Positions 37,518 through 50,007 of a stretch of DNA of 64,000 nt are shown here, in pieces. Each line of letters begins with the position of its first letter. Within the stretch, counting starts at the first letter, position 1. This stretch comes from Asterias rubens (lineage: Eukaryota): positions 6,572,001-6,636,000 of the forward strand of contig NC_047064.1 of NCBI RefSeq assembly GCF_902459465.1, written 5' to 3'. The position numbers were made by a program, and so were the translations under genes. The notes below the pieces were generated by a model. That model was given only the letters and a program-made list of their open reading frames with translations. It ran no database searches and was not told where the DNA came from.

Positions 37518-38516
37518 TTACATCGCCTGTGTAATTGCCGATTGCTGTATCGGGTCTATGGCCAAAGAGGGCGCATCGTTAGACTCCACTCCAGGACGCA
37601 CTCGGCTTCGACCAAATCGGCCCCGTACAAGTTGCTTAAGCTGTGTACGGAAATGCTCGTACTTGAAGCAATAAACGACAGGGTTCACGCTCATGTTGCA
37701 CATGATCAAACCCGTGAAAGCCAGACTGATTGAAGTGAATGAACTTGTTCTTCTTGTGACGACACCAATGGTTAGGAGAAATCGCAAAGTCTGCGTCGGG
37801 GTCCAGCAAATGAAGAACATGCAACCAGCGATCAGCATCGTCATGATGACGTTTCTCTTAGCCTTACTGAAGACACCATCTTGCTGATTGGCGTTAGCAT
37901 TGAAAAGTTTGTTTCGTAGAACGAGGAGTATTCTAACGTACGAAAACGATATAAGGATGACTGGAACGATATACTCGACGAAAACAGTTACACAAAACAC
38001 AATATTCAATGCAGTGGGACTAATGGAACGATTAAAGCCGCACCGATTCCCATTGACTTTGTAGAGGAAAATATACATGACAGCATATATGAACCCGATG
38101 ATCCAAGCAACACACATTGAAACGTTGATCTTGAAGAGTGAGCAGTAGTTGCGGTGTTTGACCGGATAGCACGTGGCAAGAAAACGCTCCAGCGATATCA
38201 CCACCAGATTGTACGTGGATGCTACGCTTAAACCCCAAACAAAGAAGTTTGAGAAAATCAACCTGCAGAGAATCCAACCGGAGAAATTTATCTCTACATT
38301 CTCCAGAAGCGAACTTTGAATGATCCCAGTCATGAGGAGAAACACCAAACCAGAGAGGAAGTCGATGATGGATTGGTGACGGATAAGTCGGTTAGTGAAG
38401 GAGCTGAACTGTTCACGTCTGACCGTCATGACGAAAATCACCAAACCGTTTCCGAGAATGGCCGAGCATGCAATGGTCACGTTCAACGCAGTTGCAAAGC
38501 CATTATTTGATTCCAT
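37518..38516 (-). CDS. Class A GPCR type D (MESN N-terminus, B-like body; 332 aa)
   Basis: Intact ORF. The N-terminus and upstream flank match the psi copies; TM4-TM7, the tail and the 3' flank largely match type B. Confidence 0.93.
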   Translation of the reverse strand: MESNNGFATALNVTIACSAILGNGLVIFVMTVRREQFSSFTNRLIRHQSIIDFLSGLVFLLMTGIIQSSLLENVEINFSGWILCRLIFSNFFVWGLSVASTYNLVVISLERFLATCYPVKHRNYCSLFKINVSMCVAWIIGFIYAVMYIFLYKVNGNRCGFNRSISPTALNIVFCVTVFVEYIVPVILISFSYVRILLVLRNKLFNANANQQDGVFSKAKRNVIMTMLIAGCMFFICWTPTQTLRFLLTIGVVTRRTSSFTSISLAFTGLIMCNMSVNPVVYCFKYEHFRTQLKQLVRGRFGRSRVRPGVESNDAPSLAIDPIQQSAITQAM

Positions 38517-39456
38517 CGTAAAGCTTATGACAAAAAAAGATATATGGCGAAATAAACTGTACAGTTTTTGTAGTATGAGTTTTTGTGGCGGATTTTACGA
38601 CAGGTTCAAATTGACTTGAATAATGCTGAAGAGCCCTCAGCGAACAAATTTCATTAAAAAAAAGATGATCAGTACTTCAATGTGAAATCCTCTAAAGAAC
38701 TCGTTCCACAATCTCTAACTCATTGTCTTTGAACACCGAGTGCAACAGTAATGCAACCGAAAGCTCAAATAAAGCAGCCCGAGTTTTCAAAAGTATTTAA
38801 ATAAAACTGTAAAACATCAGGCAAGGTTGGGCAATATTGTTATAAAGCTCCAAATAACAAATGAACGTGCAGTGTTGGATATATCCATTGTTTTATTATT
38901 AGATTTGTCTCCTCGAGAACATAGCTGTGCACAATACACTTGAGTTATATAATTGCATCTAGGTCATCTAATGAAATATAATTCTTGTTAACCTATGAAG
39001 AGTCACAGGCACCTGAGGCTTAACTAACTACAGCGAATTGACAATTGGTTATCACAAGTACCCGTGGGGTTTATCTTTCATATATTTTGAGGGCCCATGC
39101 TTTTAGTTTTCCCCTATAAAAATAATGCCACATGGTCTTAAGGGAAACTTTACCCTTTGGGAGCCTGTTTTTATATAAATATTCTCAAGTTTCTTTTGGA
39201 GTCTGTTACAGATCCTCAAGTTTTTGATGAAAGCCACCTTCCCGTTTGAAACCAAACCTTGGCATTAATTTAAAAACCCCTGGTATAGTCTCTCAAACTT
39301 GAATTCTCAACAACGACGACCCACGTTTTGCAAAAAAAGTAGTTTCGTACAGGTTGCATGAAATGTACGCGGAAATGCTCCCATGTAATTTTTAGCTCTG
39401 TAAATTGGATGATCGAGGGAAAAAAGTTCGGTACATGATCGGTACATTATTTTTAA

Positions 39457-39833
39457 AGGCTGTGGACACTATCGGTAATTACTCAAAATAATTATTAGCA
39501 TGAAACCTTACTTGGTAAACGAGTAATAGGGAGAGGTTGATAGTATAAAACATTGTGAGAAACAGCCCCTCTGAAGTGACGCAGTTTTCGAGAAAGAAGT
39601 AATTTTCCATGAATTTGATTTAGAGACCTCAGATTTAGAACATGAGGTCTCGAAATCAAGCATCTGAAAGCACACAACTTCGTGTGACATGGGTGTTATT
39701 TCTGTATTATTATCTCGCAACTTCGACAACCAATTGAGCTAAAATTTTCACAGGTTTGTTATTTTATGCATGTTGAGATACACCAAGTGAAAAGACTGGT
39801 CTTTGACAATTACCACAATAGTGTCCAGTGTCT
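39457..39833. mobile_element. Family-1 MITE (opposite orientation to 823-1200)
   Basis: aggctgtggacact...agtgtccagtgtct with TTAA on both sides. Confidence 0.87.
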
Positions 39834-40411
39834 TTAAATTGCCACTATAAAATTTAAATTAATAAAAATAAAAATAAAAGTACTGTATTTAGTTCTTATA
39901 TCGCGCTACGTCAACAAATAGTGTCAATGTACTCTATACACATACTGGTATTCAATTAAAACAATGATATATTAAAATAACAATTAAAAGCACTTTAGAA
40001 ACATTTTCAGGCTCCACGGGTCATCAACAACTAAGTTTTTAGTTGAACATTTTTGGGAAAGGAAATTTGTTTCACTAAAAGCGCTTCATCTTGCTTTACA
40101 CATTCATGACGATTGAATGTTTTATTAACATTCGGCCAACCATGCCAACCAGCACGGTTTGTTTAAATATACACTAGAATTTTGTCTATAACGGCTGTGC
40201 CACACTGATCTCCAGTATAATAGAGATCAGTTGACTGTGCCCACTAACTAGTTAATACCGCCCTCTACATGAGTTTTAAAATTATTGTTAATTTTATTGT
40301 CTATTAATGTGTGTAATAGTCTAAATCTTAGTTATTTTTGAAAACTTTAATGCGTTGTATTTATGTTACAAAACAGTCATTGTGTGCATTTTACTCATTC
40401 GAAGATTTTAA

Positions 40412-40787
40412 AGGAATGTTACAGAATTGTTAGAAGCAAAAATCGTGAAGATCACAGATTTACATAAAACTTACACGGCCTACTGATGATGATAGTAGAA
40501 AACATCCCTTGAAATATTTTTGTCTGAAATTTCGTATTTGATAAAAAATAAATAATCTAACTTCGCGTTTGGAGTTTATCGCTCAGTGAACGTTTAAATT
40601 CATTTTTATTTTGGCATTGATGCAAAGCAAAATGTGTAATCTGTCTTTCACTATTCTCTCGTGACCCAGATGACCGATCGATCTCAAACTTCTACAGGTT
40701 TTTCAGCTTATGTATACGGTAAATTGCATAAAGTGCTTCAGTGACAGCAACTGTTTTGCTAGCAAACACCAATTCTGTAATATTCCT
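40412..40787. mobile_element. Family-4 MITE
   Basis: TIR aggaatgttacagaattg / caattctgtaatattcct with TTAA TSD. Confidence 0.85.
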
Positions 40788-41491
40788 TTAAGTTATTGCT
40801 CAGCACTAATTACATATGCTGGGCTGTATATAACTTTAACTTCCCGTCTCAATCTTCTTCGTGATGTACCGGATGATTGGCTGCGTGTATTTTAAACCCT
40901 GAAGCTAATCCGCCCAGGAATATACCATTATGACTTATGCATAATTTAAGATCTAACGCAAAGCCCCTTGTGTCCGTGGTCCAATACCCATTGCTAAAAT
41001 GTAATGCTTGATTATCGATGCATAGCATTTAAACGAGATTAGCGTCCCTTTTTTTTTCTTCTTTTTTTTTCTATAATTTATTTTTATGTAGTGGGCTATT
41101 TGTATAACAAAATATATAAATTTCTTACGAAGGTTTTTGTTAAGCCCTCCCTGTTGTCTTTAAAAATATAAAATTCCTCGGGAGGCCAACTTGAGGGGAA
41201 ACACAATAACATAAAGTAAATCCTTCATCCTTTTTTCAACGCTTTTTTGTTGTTGGCCTCATATCGCGTTGATGAAGGGGACACCATGCACACAATTGTC
41301 TCATTAGTGTTAAATATTCGGACACCGTGTATTAGAGCGACGCCTTTGGTTATGCGTATAGCGACGGCTATATCCGATTGCAATACAGTACAATACTATA
41401 AAAACATTTGTAGAGCTCTCTTATACTCATCAAGAAATATACACCCCCACCCCCCCCCCCCCCCAAAAGAAAAAATAATAATACAGGTTAA

Positions 41492-41858
41492 AGATGCTAT
41501 GTCAGATTTTTGGCCACAAACATTAAAAAATATATTTTTTTGAATGAATGGTATTTCAAAGAGTATCACCCGCTCGCGAAAACAAGTTTTACTTTTACTT
41601 TTAATGGTCAGGAACCATGACAAAAATTTAAAACGTTTCTTATAAAGCACATAATAATTGGTCACGTGACATATTGTCGGGATCCCGACAAAAACTAATT
41701 TTGAGCACTTTATTTCACTGCTACTAATAATTGGCGGACTTTTTCGAGCAATGGCTCAAATGAAAGCTTGTAACTTTCTCGACCCCCATCAAAATACCTA
41801 TTGAATTTTAAATCAAAATTTGGGGGTCAAATCGGCCAAAAAATCTGACATAGCATGT
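41492..41858. mobile_element. TTAA-flanked MITE, family 5
   Basis: TIR agatgctatgtcagattttt(g)gcc; sister copy at 57651-58020. Confidence 0.87.
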
Positions 41859-42552
41859 TTAATATGAAGTCAATGTTCACATACAACATTTTGGGGTGCA
41901 GGCGTGGCAAAAACATACTTTGAGCACTCCTTCCCCCAACCAGATAAAACTCAACTAAAAATATGCCTTTACAAAAATTAAGTGCTGTTGTTTGCATTGC
42001 TCTGGAAATCATTTGTCCGTGCAAACAATGACATGAAAATTTGTATGGTATGTTCAAAAGTGTGGCTCAAAAACGGCAATTATTTGTCTGTCTTGACCGC
42101 CGTTTAACCTGTGCTTATTCAATTATGTGATCAAATTAGTTCCCGTATAGACGCCAGGTAAACACACACAAAAATTACAGCCAGGTGCGTCGGTTTTATC
42201 TTTCATATTTACTTAAGATACCATTGTGTGCAGACAACCCAAACCAGTTTTGTCAAGATGAACATTATTCTTAATATCAACACTATTACACGTTTCGTTC
42301 ATTCATCACTCTGTCAATTTTATATTAATCATCCATCAATCACATAATAAAAGTCGGTATGAACTTAATGAGAAGGTTGGACTGGCTAGAGTTTGTCTTC
42401 GTGATGAGATGACTTGGGTTTGAGCGGAACACATTCGCATTGACAGTTTTTACTTTTCACAGGCAGCCATTTCCTCCCCCCCCCCCCGCATTTAAAACCA
42501 ATTACATGAAAAACGAAGCAGGAAAGGAAAAGTTAACGAGCTGACGCGAAAT

Positions 42553-42565
42553 TGCCATCTGGTGG
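42553..42565 (-). promoter_or_regulatory. CTCF-like motif
   Basis: Minus strand CCACCAGATGGCA fits the CTCF core CCASYAGRKGGCR; motif match only. Confidence 0.45.
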
Positions 42566-42888
42566 CAGGAACTTCACTGCGACCACTGGGCCAGGGTGAT
42601 GGCTTTGGTAGTTATAGGGCCGGTGTCATAAGGAGATCTGTCCTCGGAGATGTTGATTCAAAAGAGGGCGCTATCGATATCAAAGAAGTTTATGACACTG
42701 TGACAGCCGCGTCGTAAACCACGACATTTTCAAAAACCATGACTTCTGCTTTAGATTCGTCTTCAGGCTCTTTCCTCTTACTTTAATTATTACAATTAAC
42801 TTTTTTTTATTTTATATATATATTGGATCCGTCTGCGACAAGTCCCATATCTGTTAATTTGGCTTGCCAACTTCTAAAGTACGTTTAA

Positions 42889-43464
42889 AGTCACCTGGAA
42901 ATAGAATTTTTTTTCTTTCAAACCAAAGAGTATATGCTTACGAACAATAAAACAATTTTTTTAGTAAATGTTTGTCACGGTTTATATGTTTAAAAAATAT
43001 ATAAAGTTGTTTGGGGGACTGACTCAGCCTACCCCTTTTGTGACGTCAATCGAGGCAGACTTTGCCTGCAATGCGTATAGTAAACACACGTGCAAAGTAC
43101 ATGTACGTCCAAGTCGTGAGTTGGTACATTTCAAAAAGTGTTTTTCTGCATTCAGCAGCAATACACCTGGTCGGCATTGCCGGAAAAAAACAAAAACAAT
43201 TTTTTTTTTAAACGTACAAACTCACAACTTGGTCCGTACATGTACTTTGCAATTGTGTTTACTCTACGCATTACAGGCAAAGTCTGCCTCGATTGACGTC
43301 ACGAACAGCGCCCTCTCGGGTCGGGGTCTACTCTTAAATTTGTAAATAACATAAGAACTGATTTTTCAAAACCTTAGTTAACTGTTTATTCACATTCCAC
43401 ACACAAAAACACATATATTAGTGACAAAAGCTTTATTTTGAAAAAATACCACTTCCAGGTGACT
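42889..43464. mobile_element. TTAA-flanked element, family 6, with internal hairpin
   Basis: TIR agtcacctggaa / ttccaggtgact with TTAA TSD; ~90-bp inverted arms at 43040-43302. Confidence 0.82.
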
Positions 43465-43468
43465 TTAA

Positions 43469-43793
43469 AGGCACTAAACACTTTTGGTAATCGTCAAAGA
43501 ACAGTATTCTCACTGGTGTATCCTTTTGCACAAAATCAAATCAAAACTGTGAAAATTTGGGTTCAATTGGTCATCGAAATTGCAAGAGAATAATGAATGA
43601 AAAACACCCTTGTTGCATCAGATGCGTAATAACAGGCTTCAGTTGATTATTGAGTGAGAAATCACTTAAATTTACTTCAGAGGGAGGCGTTTCTCACAAT
43701 GTTTTAAATTACCAACAGCTCTCCATTGCTCATTACAAGTACGTTTTTACGCTAACAACTATTTTGAGTAATTACCAACAGTGTCCAGTGCCT
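43469..43793. mobile_element. Family-1 MITE sharing a TTAA with the family-6 element
   Basis: Begins right after TTAA 43465-43468 and ends gtgtccagtgcct. Confidence 0.8.
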
Positions 43794-44344
43794 GTAATAA
43801 GTGAAGGAAACAGCTCTGTGCATTTTGCCAAACTACACGCGCTTTTTTCGATGTGTCGTACTTTATTGCCACACGTGTCTCTAAATCTTTAACGACCACA
43901 CATTAGTATACTAAATATTATATGATTTGTACCAATGATAATATTCCAACGCGGTAGTCGGGTCAAAGCAATGATTAAAAGGGAATCAATATGAAAGGTT
44001 GACATATAATATGTCAGTTCTTTTTTTGCTCAGAGTAATTCATTTACCGCGACACGGAGGCAAGGGACTGAAGCGTATGCTGCCGTTAAAGATCGGTTTT
44101 CGTTGCATCGATAACATTTTTGAAACCGTTAAACTTTAAGGCAACGTATATAGGTGAAGGTTAAAACAGATGGGTCGGGTGGTCTATTCAAACTGTCCAA
44201 CTTAATCTTGTCACAACCAGAGGATTACGTTTCCAGTTTCATTTGAGTTGAAATAGATTGCGTTGCTCCGGTTGTGGAAGTGTCCAACCTACCACAAAAA
44301 TTAATGACAGATGCACTTCGCAAAATCTCTTTCAATTCAAAATA

Positions 44345-44688
44345 ATGATTAGCATAAAACCTTACTTGGTAACGAGTAATGGGGGAGAGGATGATAGTAT
44401 AAAACATTGTGAGAAACGGATCCCTCTGAAGTGACGTAGTTTTAGAGTTATTTTCCACGAGTTTGATTTTTAGACCTATAAGAATTAGATGTTGAGGTCT
44501 CGAAATCAAGCATCTGAAAGCACACAACTTCGTGTGACAAGGGTGTTGTTTCTTTCATTATTATCTCGCAACTTCGACGATCAATTGTTAAGCTCCAATT
44601 TTTATTTGTTTGTTGTTCTATGCATATATTGAGGTAAACCAAGTGAGAAGACTGGTCTTTGACAACTACCAACATTGTCCAGTGACCT
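44345..44688. mobile_element. Family-1 MITE, one end eroded
   Basis: Internal sequence matches 39457-39833. Confidence 0.75.
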
Positions 44689-45273
44689 AATGTGACAACA
44701 CCGAATTCCAATACTTACATTGTAAAAATTAACACAGCGCCAGTGCTGTTACATATATATACTGAAAACATACTACATGGATTTTGGAAGCCGAGAGTGG
44801 TGCGGGGATGGCAAGCCTCCCTACTACTCAGAACCGCCAGACCCCAAAATATGATCACAAAAATAAAAATTGTTTACATCGATTAGTACTATATAAACAT
44901 CATATTTAGGATTGGCAGAAGTATATGAGTGTTGTAGCCAAAGAGTTATTGAGACTAACATGTCCGTAATGAATAAACCAAGAATAAATGCAACTCCCCA
45001 AAGTTATAATAAATAAATAAATAGGCATAAATAAATATATAATACGTTATAAAAAAAAAACATGTAAAAAATATAATAAAAAATTAAAGTGTTTAACAAA
45101 ATTAATATGCCCTACAAAAATAAATAAATGAATGAACCGAAGTAGGAAAGAGTTGCTGCGTGACTTTTATAAATAATTGATAGCCATTTCGACTACATTT
45201 TTTTGAAAATTAAGGTCACAGTAACTATGGTTTGTCATGTTCATGCAAGCCCTTGAGCTTCATGAAGAGTTAA

Positions 45274-45617
45274 TGGAACTGGACACGTTTGGTACATGTC
45301 AAAGACCAGTATTCTCACTTGTTGTATCTCAACTTATGCTTAACATAAATCGGTCATTGAAGTTGCAAAAGAATAATGAAAGTAAAAACACCCCTAATGC
45401 GCAAAATGTGTGATTTCATATGCCTTATAAAGGCTTGAGGCCTGGAAGTCTTTTAATATTTTAGTGAGAAATTACCTCTTTATAAAAAACTACGTTACTT
45501 CAGAGGGAGCTTTTCACACAATGTTTTACACTATCACTAGCTCTCCATTGCTCATTACCAATTAAGTTGTTTATGCAAACGGTTATGTTGATTAATTACC
45601 AATGGTGTTCAGTGCCT
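45274..45617. mobile_element. Family-1 MITE (diverged)
   Basis: actggacacgtttggt...ggtgttcagtgcct with family-1 internal blocks; a further partial copy ends at 46073. Confidence 0.75.
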
Positions 45618-47679
45618 TAAAATGTGTGGTTGTGTACGTGATGGAGCCGGTCGACTCCGGAGAGGCTCGGATGCACGGCTCATTTTCTGTCTTATTTATT
45701 GCAAATTGCCGTAAACTCAAGTGAAGCAGAACAAACAGGTCTACGGAGTCATGTTCACCAAGGTTCAGGGTGTTCTGTGAGAAGTAAGCAACTTAATATA
45801 GTACTCGTAAAGGGCCTTTGTTATTAATGTTTATAAGCTTATTATTATTTCTTTTCCTCGAAATATTGTTTCGCTCCTTCGAAGAGTGTTAAGATTTCGC
45901 AGGGAACAAAGTAATGCAACAATGGTGCATGACTTTTCTTTCATTATTACTTTGCAAATTCGATGACTAATTAAGCCCAAGTTTTCACAGGTTTGTTATT
46001 TTATGAATATGTTGGGATATACCAAGTGAGAAAACTGGTCTTTGACAAATTACAAAAAACGTGTCCAGTGCCTTTAAGGGTCGAATTGCTACTTATTATT
46101 GAGGCAAGTTGAGTGTGAAGTATAAATTATGTATCAAGCTGACAATGTTACACACTCATTACTTGCACTTGAAGACTTCAATGTATTTTCAACAAATCAT
46201 TTTGGAGTTGAGATAATCTTTAAAGGTGCAAAGTAACGATCAGAAAGCAAATCTAAAATGATATACAATTTTTTTAAATTATTATTATTATTATATGGTA
46301 TCAGCTGCCCTAAATGGGGTTTGGGGGTTATCTCGTCATAAAACACCGCCGGACGATTTTTTGTTCGGAAAAAAACAAACAAAAAAACGATAGAAAAGTG
46401 ATTACACAAAATTTGAAACTAACATCTACTTGGCCATTTCAATTAAAGCGTTAAACTAAACCTTTTGAAGGATTTGTGGTTGAATTTGTTTGTGCCCATA
46501 ACCGTGGGAACAAAACCTTTTCAAAGCCGAGGGATTTTTTTTCTTACAAAAAGGGAATGTTTGGGAAAACTTGAGTAAAAAAACCGTTATTAAAATTGTC
46601 AGTCTTTGGCAGCGTGTACTTGTGTGCGTTAACCAGTCAGTGCAAAGAAAAGAAGTAAACACACGCATTCAAAACAATGACGTTTATCTGTCTGCTTGTA
46701 TATCTGTCGGAATGGGTTAACAAGAGAAACATTGTGGGCATTGTCAGGTCATTGAAAAACAAAAACAAATATTACATCGTGGGCTTAGCACACAATGTTT
46801 TATATAAGGGGAATGTTTAACAAGGGGATTATAGGACAGCATCTAAAGATTACAGTTTTTACACTTTTGTTTAACCTTGACGGCCCCTGTCCAACTGATA
46901 ATTGTGTATAGGCCTATGTCTAAAGAGTTGAACCTAAAACAATTAATACTAGAAAATAAATAACATCTGGGGAAAGCGACAATCTCTCTCTCCTAGATGT
47001 ATGTCTGTCTATCTGTCTGACTCAGAACTGTGAACTTCGAACAATCTTTAGTTCTGGCAATGTCTCCTGGGCGATAATGACTCGCGAATGTTCACCTCTG
47101 CATGACATTCCCGACAAGTCATTTTTCATTACCGCTGGTATACAGGTATACCGTATGAACTGGTTATTGTGAAAGCTACCGTTCGATTAAACTATCTTGC
47201 ATTCAACAGATGAAAAACCTTATGTGGGGAAAAGAACTATCGGTTAAGCCGATGGGTGCTTTGTTTTGTGTATTTTGCGTGCTTATGTCAAGTCCGGCGA
47301 CAAATTACGACATTCGAAAACTCAACGACTCATTTGTTGAAACTTTACATTTCACGATAAGAACCCCTATCATTGTTACACAAATCAAATAATGTGAATG
47401 GTTCAAGTTTAGGAAAACACTATAGGTAACACTATAAACTGTTGAGGTAAACACGTTATACTTCTTCACCTTTGTGTATCACTTGCCTTTAAAATGGCAT
47501 TCTGCCAAAATACATTGAGTGTAAGTTCCTAACAAGTTCTTAAGTCTGCAATTACTGAGCAGCTCAGAAGCAACACCATAAATGGTAAAAATCGTGATCA
47601 GAAATGTCGAATTTTAATCGGCAGAAGACGTGCTCTATATCATGAAAGGTTAAATAATCGCTTCGAAAATCTTGCTTAA

Positions 47680-48066
47680 AGACAGTGGACACTATTGGTA
47701 AATGTCAAAGACTATAGTCTTCACAGTTGATGTGTCGCAGAATAATTATGTACAACATAACAAACCTGTGAAAATTTGATGCCAATCGGTCGTCGAAGTT
47801 GCGAGATATTAATGAAAGAAAAAACACCCTGTCGCACCATGGTCACACGAAGTTGTGTGCTTTCTGATGCTTGATTTCGAGACCTCAAATTCTAAATCTG
47901 AGGTCTCGAAATCAAATTTGTGGAAAATTACTTTTTTTTCCCGGAAATCTACGTCACTTCAGAGGGAGCTGTTTCTCACAATATCAACCTCTCCCCATTA
48001 CTCGTAATCAAGAAAGGTTTTATGATAATAATTACTTTGAGTAATTACCAATAGTGTCCACTGCCT
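47680..48066. mobile_element. Family-1 MITE
   Basis: agacagtggacactattggtaa / ttaccaatagtgtccactgcct with TTAA TSD. Confidence 0.88.
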
Positions 48067-48573
48067 TTAAAGAGTAATTTGTAACAATTCCCACTGCATT
48101 TCTAAAATATTATCTGAAATAATTTGGTTTTGTTATGTGATGTAAAGCACACGCACCAAAAACAGTTGTTGAAAACAATAGCACACAAAGCAGAATCATC
48201 AATAGAATATCATGAAAGGGTCTGTATATATACGATTGGTAATGACTCTCTGAAAATGAATGGCAATAAAAACGTTCGTGCTAAGAAGTAGGCTAGGGGG
48301 GCCTACAGCAGCTTTGGGCAATTTAATGCATGTTGAGAGACTTTTCACTCTGAAGTACTGTGGTTCTGGAAAAAAAGATATAACTGTTATTCCCCTAAAA
48401 AAATCAACTTTAAGGAGCGTGACCGTGGTAAAGGTTTTCAGATTGTGTATACAATGTTTTTGGTTATTATTCCTGCATGGACGTATTCGCTCCGGGTTTT
48501 TGGCGATATCTCATAAAGCGACCAAATGAAATGAAATGCGCGTGGAATAGTATGAAAATACTGACTGCTATGA

Positions 48574-48694
48574 GGGGTACAGTTAAAATTATAGGCACAA
48601 AGTGATGTTAAAACCATGACGACGGCTGAAGCAAAGCTGATGGCATAGCCATGGTTTTGACATCAGCCAGGGCCTATAATTTTAACTGTGCCCC
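48574..48694. repeat. Long imperfect hairpin (palindromic element)
   Basis: Arms ggggtacagttaaaattataggc...atgttaaaaccatg and its complement. Confidence 0.8.
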
Positions 48695-48873
48695 GATTAT
48701 TAAGCTGTCAATACTTCTTTTATATACCGAATACAGATTCTTCTAATCAACAATCCTGACTACGGTAGGTCGTCGGCGAAGATGACACGGAACGCTAGAC
48801 GTACATCATTCAGTACGCACGAACGACCCATTTGCGACCGTTGCTATCAGGGCGGACACAGTCGATTGACAAT

Positions 48874-49026
48874 GGGTGCGTTCGTTTAGCTCCCCCGGGT
48901 CGACCCCGGTGTGTGGCGGGGTTTTTTTTCCAGGACGAGCGTGTGCAGATAATTACCCACGTTCGTCCTGGAAAAAAAAACCGCCACACGTCGGGGTCGA
49001 CCCAGGGAAGCTAAACGAACGCACCC
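48874..49026. mobile_element. 153-bp palindromic MITE-like hairpin
   Basis: ~70-bp near-perfect arms gggtgcgttcgtttagct... / ...agctaaacgaacgcaccc around a ~14-nt loop. Confidence 0.8.
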
Positions 49027-49823
49027 TATGCTCCGGGCATAGCAAACTACGACGTCATCTTGACAGAAAAAGTAGGCTATCGAATCCATGACTCCATTTT
49101 TAACCAATCAGATTGGAGGATTCTAAAAAAAAAAATATGAGGTATATAATTCGTTTTAAATATTATTTGAACGGTTACAACAACCAAACGTTGACATCTC
49201 TTTAAACGCAAGCCCGCAATAAGGTATCATTCTGTCAACAGTAAGGCATTCATGTAATGTATGTATTAGTCGTCTCGCAACATCATTGGTCAACTCCCGT
49301 CACGTGCCAAGTTCAAGTAAAAACTCAGCTAAAATGCACTGCGAAGAAATTTTTTCACCTGCTTGTTGCATCATTTACGCATGGTATCCGTTTTGATATC
49401 CCGTGTTTATTTTAAACATATCTTTTTCAACTTGCTTCAGTGATCCATCTTCCACATCAAAATAATCAAAATTGAAAGCAGTTTGTTTTCAAAAGTAGTA
49501 AATCAATTGTGGTTAATTTACTATATATTTTTTTTTTATAATTTTTATTTTAGTTTATAGGAGAGAGATCATTTTCCCCATCCCTTTTAGCTTCATTAGA
49601 GGTCACGGTCTCACAATTACTCGCGTAATTAAACAACAATTAGCCGTGAATTAGCCGCATGACGTCACTTGTCTCACCTATGGTGTCCCCTTTTTAATGA
49701 CCAAGAAATGCACAATAAAATTTGCATTCAACTGTGGAGTATTAAACATCTGTTAAACAAAATAATGTCTAATTCACGAATTATATTGTTATAAATGGCA
49801 ATTTGGAAAGCTCTATTGAACGA

Positions 49824-49973
49824 CAATAGGAGACTTTCCAACGCTAGGCGGCAGCAGACATACCGGGTAAATTTCCAATGTTTACGTAGTTCTGAACATG
49901 CGCATAATTCTGAGAACAATGGATTTACCCGGTAAGTCTGCTGCCCTCTATCGTCCCAGAAAGTCTCCCATTA
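49824..49973. mobile_element. 150-bp palindromic MITE, copy 1
   Basis: Self-complementary ends caataggagactttc / gaaagtctcccatt; reverse complement of 52265-52414 with ~3 differences. Confidence 0.82.
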
Positions 49974-50007
49974 ATGTAGTAAACTTGCGAGTACAACCAT
50001 GTGTTAA

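Noticed and set aside
1793-38619. Dozens of 60-100 aa ORFs overlapping the GPCRs and spacers, repeated with the array
   Set aside because: They are antisense or alternative-frame shadows of GPCR codons or chance spacer ORFs. They recur only because the DNA is duplicated, and many start at non-ATG codons.
41446-41464. Poly-C/poly-G tracts (also ~42476, 52460, 54675, 62530)
   Set aside because: Simple homopolymers, common in such genomes, with no additional structure.
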